From Amphiscolops sp. MND2022 (Eukaryota), in contig OZ076409.1 of the NCBI GenBank assembly GCA_964187785.1, positions 76,510,001 to 76,574,000 of the forward strand: a DNA stretch of 64,000 nucleotides, read 5' to 3'. Shown piece after piece: positions 13,709 to 25,382 of this stretch; positions within the stretch are counted from its first letter, which is position 1; each line of letters starts with the position of its first letter. Position numbers and translations under genes: made by a program. The notes under the pieces were generated by a model. It searched no databases, was not told the DNA's origin, and worked only from the letters and a program-made list of their open reading frames with translations.

Positions 13709-13855
13709 AAAATCTTTGGATCAAAATGTATTGTTTAAATTACAGGAAACCAGTGGACTAGAGTGAAAGGGACACCACTTCCAGTCCAGAAGAAATTCAA
13801 AAGCCCTCAAACTTTCTACCCGGAGATGAGACACCCGGGCCCTCCACACGGAACT

Positions 13856-13880
13856 GAGAAAGAAAGGAGAGAGGATGAAA
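13856..13880 (+). promoter_or_regulatory. Polypurine tract
   Basis: gagaaagaaaggagagaggatgaaa immediately precedes the 3' LTR. Confidence 0.85.
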
Positions 13881-14102
13881 TGTCATATTCGGTTCACTCC
13901 GGTTTGACCTCCAGCGAGTTTCGGTTCATAGACTCTATGTCTAGCATACCAGTTTAGAGACAAACAAAACTTTTGTCTTACCTAATTAGATACTTAATTA
14001 GATACTTCATCATATAAACTACAGTATCTACGAAATAGTCGGCGACTATAGAAACTATCTTAACCATTCTTCTATCTAGAGTTTAGTGTTGAGAATAGAA
14101 CA
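13881..14102 (+). repeat. 3' LTR (222 bp)
   Basis: tgtcatattcggttcactcc...aatagaaca, with a short internal duplication (taattagatac) absent from the 5' LTR. Confidence 0.93.
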
Positions 14103-14749
14103 CATTCCCTATTTTAATACATGTAAATCGGCGAAATTTTACCTTTCGATCATGATATTTCAAAAACGGTTTATTTTTGAAATCGAAAAATATCCATAAA
14201 TTCAGTAGATTTGTGCGAGTTAATTGAGCAGAAATCTTGCGGTGGATAAAACTGTGGATAAAACGGTCAAAAATTGGTTAAACGGAAAAAAGCCCCAAAT
14301 TTGCTCAAAATCAGCTAATTGTAACTTTCTCAATTTTTGTCCCAGAAAAATTAAAAAAACACTAATATAAACTAGATGAAATTCTAAGAAACTTCATTAA
14401 TAATGTTTTTCAAAATTCTCAACAGATTTCGAGAAAATCGAGCCTAAAATCGCCCCGGGGACGTTTTCTTAATCACAGTACTGTAGGTAGTTTTTTCTTT
14501 AAGTGTCGAAACAACTTCGTGTTGGGGGGATAAGAAATAGGGTGTATCTGGTGGGGGGGGAGGTAATAAAGAACATGGTCCGAAACTTTTTCTCTCAAAA
14601 CCATAACTAAAAGTCGTCAATAATAAAACGTAGTCAATGATAGTAATAATTGCACAGTTATCGCAAGACTCGTTATTTATTGAGACTCAATAGTAGGATG
14701 ATTCCTTATAGATTGGAGAAAATGCGACGTTTTATAGAACGTAATCATC

Positions 14750-14819
14750 GACGACGAAAATCCTGACGACGAAAATCCTGACGACGAAAATCCTGACGAC
14801 GAAAATCCTGACGACGAAA
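14750..14819. repeat. 15-bp tandem repeat (gacgacgaaaatcct) x~4.6, subterminal repeats of the MULE-like element
   Basis: Directly visible. Confidence 0.9.
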
Positions 14820-15441
14820 TTTCTGGTAAACTTTATTTTAATCATGTCACATAAATGTTTCTAATCAGGTATGTTATGCTAATTTTACAATTTTTGCACT
14901 TAATTTTTGGCATGTGAGGAAGAAAAGGAGAAAATTTCATAGGGTTCCACATATGAAACCAGACGATTCCATACCGTTTGGATGCAAGGAATTTAATGAA
15001 AAGTGAGTCAGCATTGATGTTTGGATTATTTAATATTCAGCCTACTTGTCGAAAAATAAACTAAATTTTTACCTCATGAATACTACTAAAATTACTTTTC
15101 AACAATTCGTAAAACAGTGTTTTTTACTCTAGTTCGAAGAGTAATTAATGCATTCAACCTAATTCACAAACTTTTCACATGAACCGCAATGTGTTGTTTG
15201 TGTCGAAAAAGTTCCGCAATTTTGTTTTAATTGAAAAAAATTACAATCTGAGTTATCAACATTTTCGATGCTAACTATCTCTTTGGCTATGACGTCACGA
15301 TCATCATTTAGCGATTAAATGGTTCGTAATTCCATACGAAAGAAGAACATTTATTTCCAAACGTTCCTAAACATAAAAGCATGTAGCTCCATATATGGAA
15401 CTGCTTGGAATCCTCCTGAATTCGCCTTCGTGAGTGCTTAC

Positions 15442-15695
15442 TTCGTCATGGCCCGAAACAAGTGGTTTGACTTCGTTCGGAGCGGCATTTGCTTCAGTGC
15501 TTATTTCCTCAGGAGTCGGCTGAACCATGGACTTGGCTTCTGTTGGCGCGGCATTCGCGTTGTTCAACTGGAACGCCATCTGGAAACAGATGATGAACAC
15601 TGCTGCTGCAAACATTCCGATCAGTGCAAAAGACAAGTATCTGAGCCACAACAATCGTTTGTCACGCCAGTATTCACCAGCAGTTGCAGGCCGTC
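15442..15695 (-). CDS. Exon encoding the transmembrane helix and neck of the C-type lectin protein
   Basis: Acceptor ttgctacag|GA (phase 1), donor GAA|gtaagc (phase 0, matching the next exon). Basic RDKR precedes hydrophobic YLSFALIGMFAAAVFIICF (type II topology). The neck has a 22-aa duplication (ANAAPTEAKSMV / ANAAPNEVKPLV). Confidence 0.72.
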
Positions 15696-16424
15696 CTGTA
15701 GCAAGTGTCAAAAGTTAAGAACCAGGGATAGTATGGATAATATGGCATAATTAAGAGGGCCCAATTTTGACTTTTTTGACGTTATGGAAAGTACTTGAGA
15801 AAAATTCGGTTACATGTCAAAATCTCCTATATTAAAATCTCTTAAGTTTGATGATTCTGTATGATTCGACCTTCCTGGTCTTTAAACACCACGTAATTAA
15901 TTTGTCGTGTCTAATGGAATCAAATCGCGAACATGACGTCAATAGTCGTAACAAGATCCGCAGTATGTTCAGTGTAACTGTTCAGCATTATGTTATGATT
16001 TTTCTACTTCAGCTGCGCACGCGTAATAATTTTCATGTAACTTGATATCAATTTTCATAGCCCGGTCATTACCAGCCAGGCTTTAGGATTCTTTGACAGT
16101 TCTTGAAATCATTTTGAGCACTTAATCACTTTTTCAACAAAATTTCAACGAATTCAGTGGATTGGTCAAACGACGGTTTTTCCAACTTCCTTTTTCTAGG
16201 TTCACCTCACGTTCTTTAAGTTCACTTGAAGTTGAGTTCATTTTCGCTTCCTAAAATATTTTCCCTCTATGACTTCTAGTCATCGAGCTTTTTCTTCGTA
16301 TTCAATCCTTTCAGTTTTCTGTTTAATGCAAATCTCTATATACTGTCAATCACTCGTTTTTCATTAGAAGCTCGCCTCCTTTCCCGTACCTGGTGAAATT
16401 CATTGAGGTTCAGGCAAAACTTAC

Positions 16425-16493
16425 TTGAATGTTGAAGCACACTCGGGTAAATGTGGTTGAAAGCAGAAGCTGGGACCGAATTGGAGTACTCTC
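16425..16493 (-). CDS. 69-nt cytoplasmic-tail exon
   Basis: gtttcag|...|gtaagt, phase 1/1, open reading (G)EYSNSVPASAFNHIYPSVLQHS. Confidence 0.6.
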
Positions 16494-16558
16494 CTGAAAC
16501 GACGAAGATTCAAAATTTCGAGTGATACATCGTTGCAACACCTCTGAAAGATGGCTAT

Positions 16559-16718
16559 AGAAAAATCGAAGAAAAAGGTGAGGAAAACTTGGTTAAAAAT
16601 TGATTGCGTGTTATTCGCCCAGAAGTTTTATAAGGATATATCCTTATAAAACTTCTGGGCGAATAACACGCAATCAATTATTAACTAAGTTTTCCTCGAC
16701 GTTTTCTTCGATTTTTCT
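16559..16718. repeat. 160-bp spacerless palindrome (82-bp perfect core at 16598-16679)
   Basis: Arms meet at ...taaggata|tatcctta...; only a few mismatches in the outer arms. Confidence 0.95.
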
Positions 16719-17019
16719 TCCAATTGAACCTATTTCAGTTTATATGTTATTCTTTGGGGAACTCCATTTTGGGGAAGTCATCTATGCTTTCCATCCTATT
16801 TCGACAATTTATGGACATTAAGCTATGAATCATGTGTGAATTTGAGGTTATTTATCCATTCAGTTTTAATTTCATTTAGGAATGGTTTCTAAATAGAGAC
16901 AGATTTTTAATTCATGAAAATAAATTTTTTTTAAAAAAATCAAGTTATACTCGTTTTCCATTTAATTCATTATTGAAATGGTCTTTTTGAGTAGAAACAA
17001 TCAAAATATTTTGACTCAC

Positions 17020-17094
17020 CAGTAGTGGTAGTTTGAGAGTTCTGATTATCAGATGCTTGTGTCTCGGAGCTCTGAGTTGATTCTCTGCTTTGAT
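17020..17094 (-). CDS. 75-nt Ser/Thr/Gln-rich cytoplasmic-tail exon
   Basis: tttttgcag|...G|gtgagt, phase 1/1, open reading (D)QSRESTQSSETQASDNQNSQTTTT. Confidence 0.62.
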
Positions 17095-18036
17095 CTGCAA
17101 AAAGGATTCATGATGAAGAGATTTTAGCTCAAAAGATTTTGCAAATTCAGCAATCCTATTATTTTTCAAGTCGGCCTATGCAACTTTTGCAAAAAAATGT
17201 AAAATTTATGCATATTTTGTTACGTTCTCAGATGGAATTTGCGATTCTTACAAGAATCTTATAAGCGTTAGTGTCGTGTAAACTGTTTGTTTCAGTGAAG
17301 AAAATGCACTGGAAAAGTTTGAAGTACCAATGAAAAAATTTCAGATATTGAAAAGAACAAAGTGTTCTGAAAAGAGATTAATTCAAAGCAACTGAGTTTC
17401 GAGCTCAGTTCTGAGTAATATGTTGAGAAGACCTAGAAGAAGATTTAACTTTCTAAGACGAACTTACCCGATTCAATTAACTGCAAATTATGAACGAATC
17501 CTTGAAACCTCTGGTGTAAAATTCTTATCTATGTCTCTACATTTATCACGAATGATGAGGAAAGATACCAGACATAATTGCAACATTTCTCATTCCTAAT
17601 ATGGAAAGTCTAACCCTTTCAATTACTTAAATTGGGCATCGCTGTACGTACGTAACAGAACGAAAAATGTCCGCTAATCAGAATGTTCAATAAGTTGATT
17701 TCGTCAATCCTATGCTTGCGTCAATCTGATACAAACTAAGTCATTGGGTTTTCTTTGCCATTAACTTTACTACAGTACGATCTATCTGGGGGCCTTCATG
17801 TTTACCGTTCGTTTTGTTTATCTTCTACAGAAATGCGTCCCGAAAGTGTGGCCCATTGATGGTGTGGCCCCTTGGTGGCAATCTAACGCTATAAGAAAAA
17901 TTCCTTTCTTGTAAAAATTCAATAAAAATTCGGAAATTTTCTGTTAATTACCCCACCCCTCCCCCCACTAATTTAAGAACAAACCGCAACCCCCCAGTTA
18001 CCCAGTTCAGCGCTCAAGTGAAATTAATAGTAACAA

Positions 18037-18818
18037 CCCGGGTTGACCCTCTTACTAGTAACTTGGTTGTCTTGGCAAGATCTTGCCAAATTCTTACTAA
18101 ATCTTGACGACCAGGGAACCCATGGCAAGATTCTTATCAAGATCTTACTAAGATTATACATTATTCCAAGATCGTATCTTATCACGATGGAAAAAATTCT
18201 AAGATTATAAAAAAACACTATACCTTCGATACAAGCAGCCGAGACTTAATCTAAAGGCTCATTTTCCCCAACAACGACTGTTCCTACTCATTTTCATAAT
18301 CAAAATGCTTCAACCTGCTGAAACAAATTTGCATGCAAAAATGTGCGAAAAATTACGATAACGTATTCTGGCTTCCGAAATTATGACGAGAATTCTAATA
18401 ACTTCTCACCTGTTTAAGACTGAGAAATGCGAATGTACCAAATGAAAGTTCATTTCAAGGACTTCTGAAAACTTGTATCTTATCACTCCTGTCGATTCCA
18501 GAGACGGAGAAAAATGGTCTCAAACGTCCAAAGCCACTATCGGAAACATACACAGGGAACATAACTGCAGTTAGAAATCCGGAAATTTTTCCAATTCATA
18601 TCTCCAGCTCTCTTTGAGCCTGTATATTTTTGTTAATTTCGTTTCAGATTTTTTTCTGCCCAAATAGAATTTTACAATAAAATTTTTCTTGGGAACATGT
18701 CTCTCTTGATAAGCAATTCTCGGCAATATCTTGGGAAGATCTTAGCTAAGATTTTTCCAAGATCTTGGCAAGATCTTGCCAAGATCTTACTAAGATATCC
18801 ATGGAGGGTCGACCCGGG
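18037..18818. mobile_element. CACTA/EnSpm-like MITE with aagatctt subterminal repeats
   Basis: 15-bp TIR cccgggttgaccctc / gagggtcgacccggg (1 mismatch), AA on both flanks. Related fragments at ~34270-34535, ~36655-36750 and ~43775-43945. The superfamily assignment is an inference. Confidence 0.7.
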
Positions 18819-19329
18819 AACCAATCAAATGGCAGTATTTCATAACTCTAACTGTAATTGAAACTCATAACTCATCGCTGATATTGGTGGGGAATTAAAA
18901 TTTCCGCGCTTACTGCGAGGGATTAACAGAAAAGATACAAAAATTCAATGGATACTTTCGGAAATTAGGGAACAAGCTCTAGAAGAAGGATTCTTGGTAT
19001 TGACTAGTACACACGACACACAGTGCTACGTGGATTTTTTGAGCGCTTCTGAAAAACTTCTGGAAAGCTCAGGAAAAACCTTTTACCCTAGAGAAATTGC
19101 TAACAGGTCAAAATCTTTGGAGTTCAACTTTCCTGAGTTAATATTCCTGAGTCCAGGTTTCGAGCCTGTTTTGAGTGTAATTTAGATCATATGTCTTGCC
19201 TAGCTAGCCACCACCCGATTGTAGCGATAGAGTGGTATGAAAGCAAAAAAACTGTCACTTTCATTTGTCAATTGCTCCTATAATTACTGTTGCTATTTTT
19301 ATTATGGCTTTCGATTTTTATTTTCACTC

Positions 19330-19762
19330 AGGAATGAGTTAAACCGACTGGCCGATGTCCTGGTCAAATTACAAAACAAATCCCAATCAATGACCATCAG
19401 ACCAGTCCACACCACACCAATGACGTTCGACGGAAAAAGCGAAAAATTTGAGCTTTTCGAGGACTTGTTCCATACAATGATAACAATGCAACCAGCATTG
19501 ACAGAGCAAATGAAAATTTAACATTTTCATTCCTTACTAAGAAAAGGGGCTCTGCAGGCAATTAGGAACATAAACCGACGAAAATACTTAAAACCAGAAT
19601 CCCAAGCACCGGCAAAACATAAATGGCATCGGCTCACTTTTGACCCGAATACCATGAAATTGCCGGACTTCTTGGAAGAATTGAACCAGGGGGCAGAAAA
19701 AGCTTTTGGCGAAAGTGCAAAAAGTATGATTGACAGCTTGCTGTATGCAAAACTTCCTCTGT
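19330..19762 (+). pseudogene. Isolated Gypsy gag fragment
   Basis: TFDGKSEKFELFEDLF...HFHSLLRKGALQ...LLYAKLP is homologous to TFDGRNDKFEHFEDIF...YYHSLLR and FYAKMPP at 62.1-62.5 kb. Confidence 0.8.
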
Positions 19763-20160
19763 AGAACTGAACAGTCACAGGAATAACACCAATTCAATCA
19801 CTATCTGATACCAAATTAGAACCCGAACAGCAAAAAGTAGCTAAAATGTGTAAATATGTGCTCCGATTCATGGTAGTTGATGTAAATAAAGGCTTGAGCA
19901 TTCTTCAGAAAGAGGAAATACAGGCGTTTAGCCTGTATATACGTGCAGCGAATAACCGGCTTTCTGAGCAATTGTTCATTGGGAAGTTGTTTTTTCTTTG
20001 GAAGCGAGACAAAATAGTCGATTTTGAAACGGGACAAAAGAGCAGGTTTTTGAACGCCTCGAAATAGCAGAGTGAATTCAACTGCCCGCATTAATCGAAG
20101 ATAATTACCACCAAAAGAATTAACATAGATAGCGAAATAACAAGGTCAATGTGATGGAAG

Positions 20161-20823
20161 ACAAGCCGGGACCGGCCCAAGTCGGCGCCATATCCAAGGC
20201 TCAAAAATAGCAAAAAGACTTCCAAATGTCAAGTATTCTCTTTTACAGTACCCGAAAATCGAAAATTCTACGAAAAAAAATTCGAAAAAATTACATACTC
20301 AAAAAAATGGACCGAGTGGCGCGCCGGGGCCCGCTGGCGCGTTCCGCTGGCGCGCTGAAAGGGGGACACTTCCGAAATTGTCAACATTTTTGTCGCAGTT
20401 GAGGGGGTTTTGTCGCAAAACATCAAAAAATTGAAGGGGGGATTTTTATTTTCGGAAAAAAATCTCACTGTGCCGAAAAAAATTGAAAGGGGGGACCCTT
20501 TGGGTTTTTCTAACATCCATTCTGTCGCAAAACAGCAAAAAAATTGAAGGGGGGACCCTTTGAGGAAAAAATATTTTCCGGAAAAAAAGTCTCGCAGTGC
20601 CGAAAAAAATTGGAAGGGGGGACCCTTTGGTCTCGCCGGGTATGGGATGTTACGCGGGAAAACAGGAAAAATCTTTCTGGTTCAGTTCGCTAGACCAAAT
20701 AGTGCAATTTGGTGCAATAATATTTTGTAGAACTTTTGTAGAACTATTTTGGTTAGTTCAAGTGGACTGAAAAAAAAGCCACTATAATAGTCGCGTTTCA
20801 CTTCATGAAGCGCCGACTAAAAA
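20161..20823 (-). mobile_element. Helentron-type non-autonomous element (HINE/DINE-1-like), complete
   Basis: Read on the minus strand: T run, subterminal IR agtcggcgc with a nearby partner repeat, internal ggggaccct repeats, 3' subterminal IR gcgccgact, GC stem-loop gccggtcccggc, then ttgt; no TSD. Confidence 0.75.
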
Positions 20824-22212
20824 TGCCACATTGAGGTTTTTTGTTATATTGGATATTTCAGCTTCGAATGATAATTGCCGGATTTTTCTTTCGAGTGTTA
20901 ATAGAATTTTCTATTTCGGAACGCGTCAATCAAGTTAAAATAGCTTCTGTTCAACTGTTGGTTCTATTTCTTACGTTTTTTCCACTTCTTACCAATCGTT
21001 CAATGATTTTGTGTTTTTTCCAGAGTTGCTAAGTCCATCATTTGACAATTTAGTGTACTTCGGTGTATAAAAAAATCGAGAGTTTTTTCCTACATTGAAT
21101 AACCCAAATGAGCCAAGTTTTTCATTTTTAATGTTTACATCAAATTCTGTTCATTTTTGGACATTTTGTGGTGAGAATTTCAGCAAAGTTCAACTACAAA
21201 ATCATTAGCTACTTAGCTCTCTTTATAGGGAGAATATATGTTTTGTTTCAAAAACAGGAATGAAATTGATCGAAAGAGGCAAAAAATCCATTTTTGACCG
21301 CTTTATGCATTTTTGGTATCATTTTAGTCGGCGCTTGTGACTAGTAGAAAATGTAAGACTTTTACAGCGGCAAGTGCTTTTCGCCAGTCAACCTAAAGCG
21401 TCCGCATTTCAAAACCTTTGAAATCGAGATAATCCCTCTTTTTGGCTTAACAGTTAACACAAACTATTGAGCCCGCTGAGTATTTAAGGTCTGAGAACGA
21501 GGACGTGGATTTTATGCTAATGTGCGAATGATGATAGTGTTGTCGCACGCATAAATGAATTTTAATTACTTTTTCTGGTTTTCTTTTTCACGGGACTGTT
21601 CTACTCTTGTGAGAATAAATCAGCTTAGCTGCTTTTGCATATTGCAAAGTGATTTCAGGCGACCGTTCTATTTTTGATTAGAAATGAATAAGAAAGTCTC
21701 AATAGCTTACTCCAAGTAATAACAAAAAAGAAGTGCCTTGCGTGTACGCGCGAACAAAGGAGATTGCATGAGTAAGTGCAAGGCAGTGTATGTAATTGAG
21801 CTGTTCGTATACAAAAAAGGCATAAGAACCAAAAATGTTGAAACATTAGAAGGAAACTAATATTAGGACGAACAATTCTTTTCTGAGCGAAACAGTACCT
21901 ATTCCATAACTCTATATTTCGGTCTTGCTAGTTTCTACAGATATCACAAAGTAGACTTGAACTTAAACTGTTACGTTGGAAGATTTACAATCGACAATAA
22001 TTCGAAAAATTTTCCTTTTACTTTCGGAAACAAATTTTACAGACATTAAATTAGGGGCTGTATTAACATAGACAGCACACTCTAGTTTTATTGTAACCAC
22101 TCAGTCAGACTTAAATGGTTTTGTCGACTTTATATTTATTGCATCTAGAAAATGAAATGTAATATCAATTTGGTTTCCTTTTCTAATATCAGAGAAGTAA
22201 TTCGAAGTTATT

Positions 22213-23237
22213 ATTTTAACAACCACAAAATGGAATCAGCTGAATTATCTTAAAATAATTTCAACAACTGCTGAATGAAATCAGCGGAAGTATCCTAAGA
22301 TAAAACTTTAACAACCGCAGAGTGAAATCAACGGAATTATTCTGAGATAGAATTTTAGTTAGAAAAGGGTAGAATCAGAAATCTCCACAAAAAAGTATAA
22401 GTTATATTCGACTCGCCAAATCGTGGACCGAGTAAAAGTGAAGAGAATTTTCTAAGGTAGAAATGTCAGTTGGGACAAGTAGAACTTAGCAAGTTTTGGG
22501 ACAAGAGTAAATTGCTGAGATGAGTACCGAAGCTAAAGAAGAGGAGAGAAAAAGATAGACTTTTTTATATCCAAAGGAGAAATAACTGAAAAAAGGGAAG
22601 ATAAGAGAAGAAGGAGAGTTGGAGCCAAGGAAGAGAAGTGAAGGAGGAAGAGAGCCTCTTTTGAGTGTAAGCTCTGCTGGTTTTCCGGGAAGAACGAATC
22701 CCCAGCCTGTGCAGGCCGTATAAACAGTTGAGCAGTTCTGTGAGAGTGCCTGGTCTGCCTGCTTTGCATTCAACCAATCACAGCTTTGCTTAAAATTTCA
22801 GCCACCGCGGTAAATAATAGAAATGTTCATTTGTGTAATCCCGCGGTATTCGTATTCTTCTTTTCTTCTTTTGTTTCGCGGCAATTGTTATTTTGCCTCC
22901 ACCGCCTCGTTATTTTTTAAATTTTCTTCTCCCTCTCTCCCCACGTTAGTTCGATTTCCTGTTTAGTTTTGCAGGTGTTTTTTGAATAAAAACAGCACTG
23001 TAGCACTGGGGCGATTGTTGATCTTTCTATTATTTCAGGTGTTTTTCAATTACAAACGGCACTGTAGCCAGAGGTGGTTGTTGAGTTTTTAGTTTTTTGG
23101 ATATGAACTGCACTGTAGCACAAAAGGGATTTAGGCTTCTTAATTCTGCAGGTGTTTTTTGAATAGTGATCGTTGTACATTTTATTGATGCAGATGCTTT
23201 TCAAATATGATTGTTAGGCGTTAGTCGTAACGCAACA
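22213..23237 (-). repeat. Left long direct repeat (putative 3' LTR), truncated inside its satellite
   Basis: ~22353-23237 aligns with ~28533-29436; about 3 satellite units at 22213-22357; the minus-strand start is TGTTGCGTTACGAC. Confidence 0.8.
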
Positions 23238-25382
23238 GCTCACCCGCTGGCAAGGTGAAAATAAAGGAGAGACTTTAGGGGTTATGTCAAAGATGAGCGG
23301 TTTTGGGAAATCAGCCAAAAATGAGGGGAGAGTTATACAAGCAAGAGGAAATTGGAAAAAGGGCTCTTAAAATATTTGTTTTATGACTGAGTCATAGCTT
23401 AGAAAAGCATCTCTGAAATTTAAAAGTATTTACTTGCGGGGGATGAAATCTTGCGGAAAAGGAGCGGGAAGTAATGTGGCTTCTCTTCGTGGTTGTTCAT
23501 CAGTTTGTAGATCATCTTCTACGATGGGTTCAGGTGTCGTCTTCCAGGTTTGCCAGGTAGAATAATAGGTTCCAATTAGTAAATTCGAATAACTGTGAGA
23601 CATTGTTTAGATTGGGGTAACAAATCTCTGCACTGATGGGGAGATTGATTTTTCCTTTTGTTTCAGGTTTCGGAGTTCTACTCTTTTCGTTCTACTTTTT
23701 TTGTCTTCCATTTTGGTCTTTTCATCGATGTCAGCCATGAAAACAAAGCTCCTGAAGGATGCAAATCAGTGAAGTTTGCATGTTCGTATAACGATAGGTG
23801 TGGCGGCTAAACGTCTCCACGAAAGCAACTCCTCTTTTATAAAGGATAGGGATGGGTTCGCATCATTGATTCATTGTGTGAAAAGGTGAGTGGGATTCCA
23901 GACTGATGAAGCCCAGCAAGGCTTCCATCAGTGTTTGGGGACATGGTGCGTGTCCCGTGAGAAAGTATACGGCAATTCTGCCTTTACCGAGTGTTTCGGG
24001 TGACTTGATGCAACGCGTAGAGTTTTTTGGGTCTTCTTTTAGTAGAGGAAATGAGTAACTCGCCGTTTTCAAGAAGGCCAGCGAGTTTAGACGTTGGAGG
24101 TTGTGATATCACAACGGGCGCGTAATGAGCGCATATGGTAAGAACGAAAATAAATTTCAATTTCGAAATATTGAGTCTTTTGCAATCAATCGGGTAAACT
24201 GCTTTGTTGAAAAATGCGGATCCATAGTAAGGCCGTAAAAAGGCAAGCCGTAATATCAAATCGGCAGCTTAGCTGGCACAATACTAAGCGGAGGTTAAAA
24301 TTTAATTGTAGTAGCCTCACTACTGTTAGAAAGTTCCTATATACAAATGTGAAAGACACTAACTTCAACCGTTTGTGATGGTTCAAATGTAATGGTCGCT
24401 GATTGATGGCAGACTGGCAGAGGGTTTGTTTCTTCTTCTCGATTCAAGGAGATTGATTAGTTTGTTGGAAAGGAAAGGTGTTCAATGGTGATCGCGTTGA
24501 CCAAGGATATGCCAATGTTCTAGTTGGTGTGGTCGGAAGCTGTGGATTTCGATATGAAGTGTTCAAGATTCCTTTATTCTCGAGCCTCACTCAATTGAGA
24601 GTATTTCAAGAAGTGTGTTGTTTTTGATATTCCCATATAAAAAACTAGGTCCAACTATTTTAAGAAGACCGGTGGGTCCAAGTTGTCAGCTTAAAACTTT
24701 GCTATCAGAAGGGTGCCCAGAGGAAAAAGTCCAAGAAAGTACCAAAGACTTTTGAGGGTAGAAAGGTATCTTACGGAGCTGGGGTATGTGACGTTTGATA
24801 AGAATGCCGAAAGCGACGATATTGTTTGTAGCTAGAGTAGCGTTGAAAATAGTGAGGAGCAGGAAGTCTTTGATTCCACCTTCGATGCGGTTTCCAGAAA
24901 GCGTTAATTTGAAGCTTTGGTGAGTTTTTGTAAAATAGCCCTACAATGAAGGGGGTGGAGAGAATTTTGCGGTCAGGGTCTCGGATTTCAACAAAAACAG
25001 ATACAAATTTATTGGTTCCTTGTTTGGAACATCCGTTCCAATAAAATTTGACTGTTGGTATGAGGGGTGGAAATTCGAGAGGTTGCAAATCGAGGGGTCC
25101 TGTAATAGCCCAGTGATAATAATGTCTGTGAAATGGGTGTGGCAACCAGGTTGTTCTCAGATGTGTGACGGCGTGTTGGTCCAACTTGATAAGTACCATC
25201 CCACCACTTGTACACTTTTGTAAGGATTGCGGGTGATAGAGTTAGTTGGGGTCGTCGTGACGTAGCGACTGTTTGACGTTGTTGACATCTTCAGAGCTGG
25301 GGTTTTGGGGAAATTTTTCAGGGGAGCTCTTCTCGTGGTATAGCCAGTGGTGTTATTGTGGTTTGAAGTGGTTTGAAGTTCT

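Larger units (their letters stand above)
7529..14102 (+). mobile_element. Full-length, decayed Ty3/Gypsy LTR retrotransposon (Mag-like features)
   Basis: Two TG...CA LTRs, flanks cattt / cattc (5-bp TSD with 1 mismatch), PBS, PPT, and domain order gag-PR-RT-RH-IN. Confidence 0.95.
7236..14483. mobile_element. TA-target MITE split by the Gypsy insertion
   Basis: TIR cagtactgtgatta (14 bp perfect, ~25 bp imperfect ending cgtcc); TA at 7234-7235 and 14484-14485; second copy at 1-275. Confidence 0.88.
6857..14831. mobile_element. Mutator(MULE)-like non-autonomous element, outermost layer of the nest
   Basis: Exact 9-bp TSD tttatttta (6848-6856 and 14832-14840); inverted subterminal arrays gaaatttcgtcg (6863-6950) and cgacgaaa(atcctga) (14750-14825). 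Confidence 0.75.

Noticed and set aside
15319..15750. 143-aa plus-strand ORF
   Set aside because: Antisense shadow of the minus-strand transmembrane exon, which has proper splice sites.
18408..18474. Extra lectin-gene exon with ATG
   Set aside because: It lies inside a MITE and ends in phase 2, incompatible with the next exon.
22486..22777. Hydrophobic ORFs here and at 28666-29409
   Set aside because: They arise from purine/pyrimidine skew in the long direct repeats; start positions and lengths differ between the two copies.
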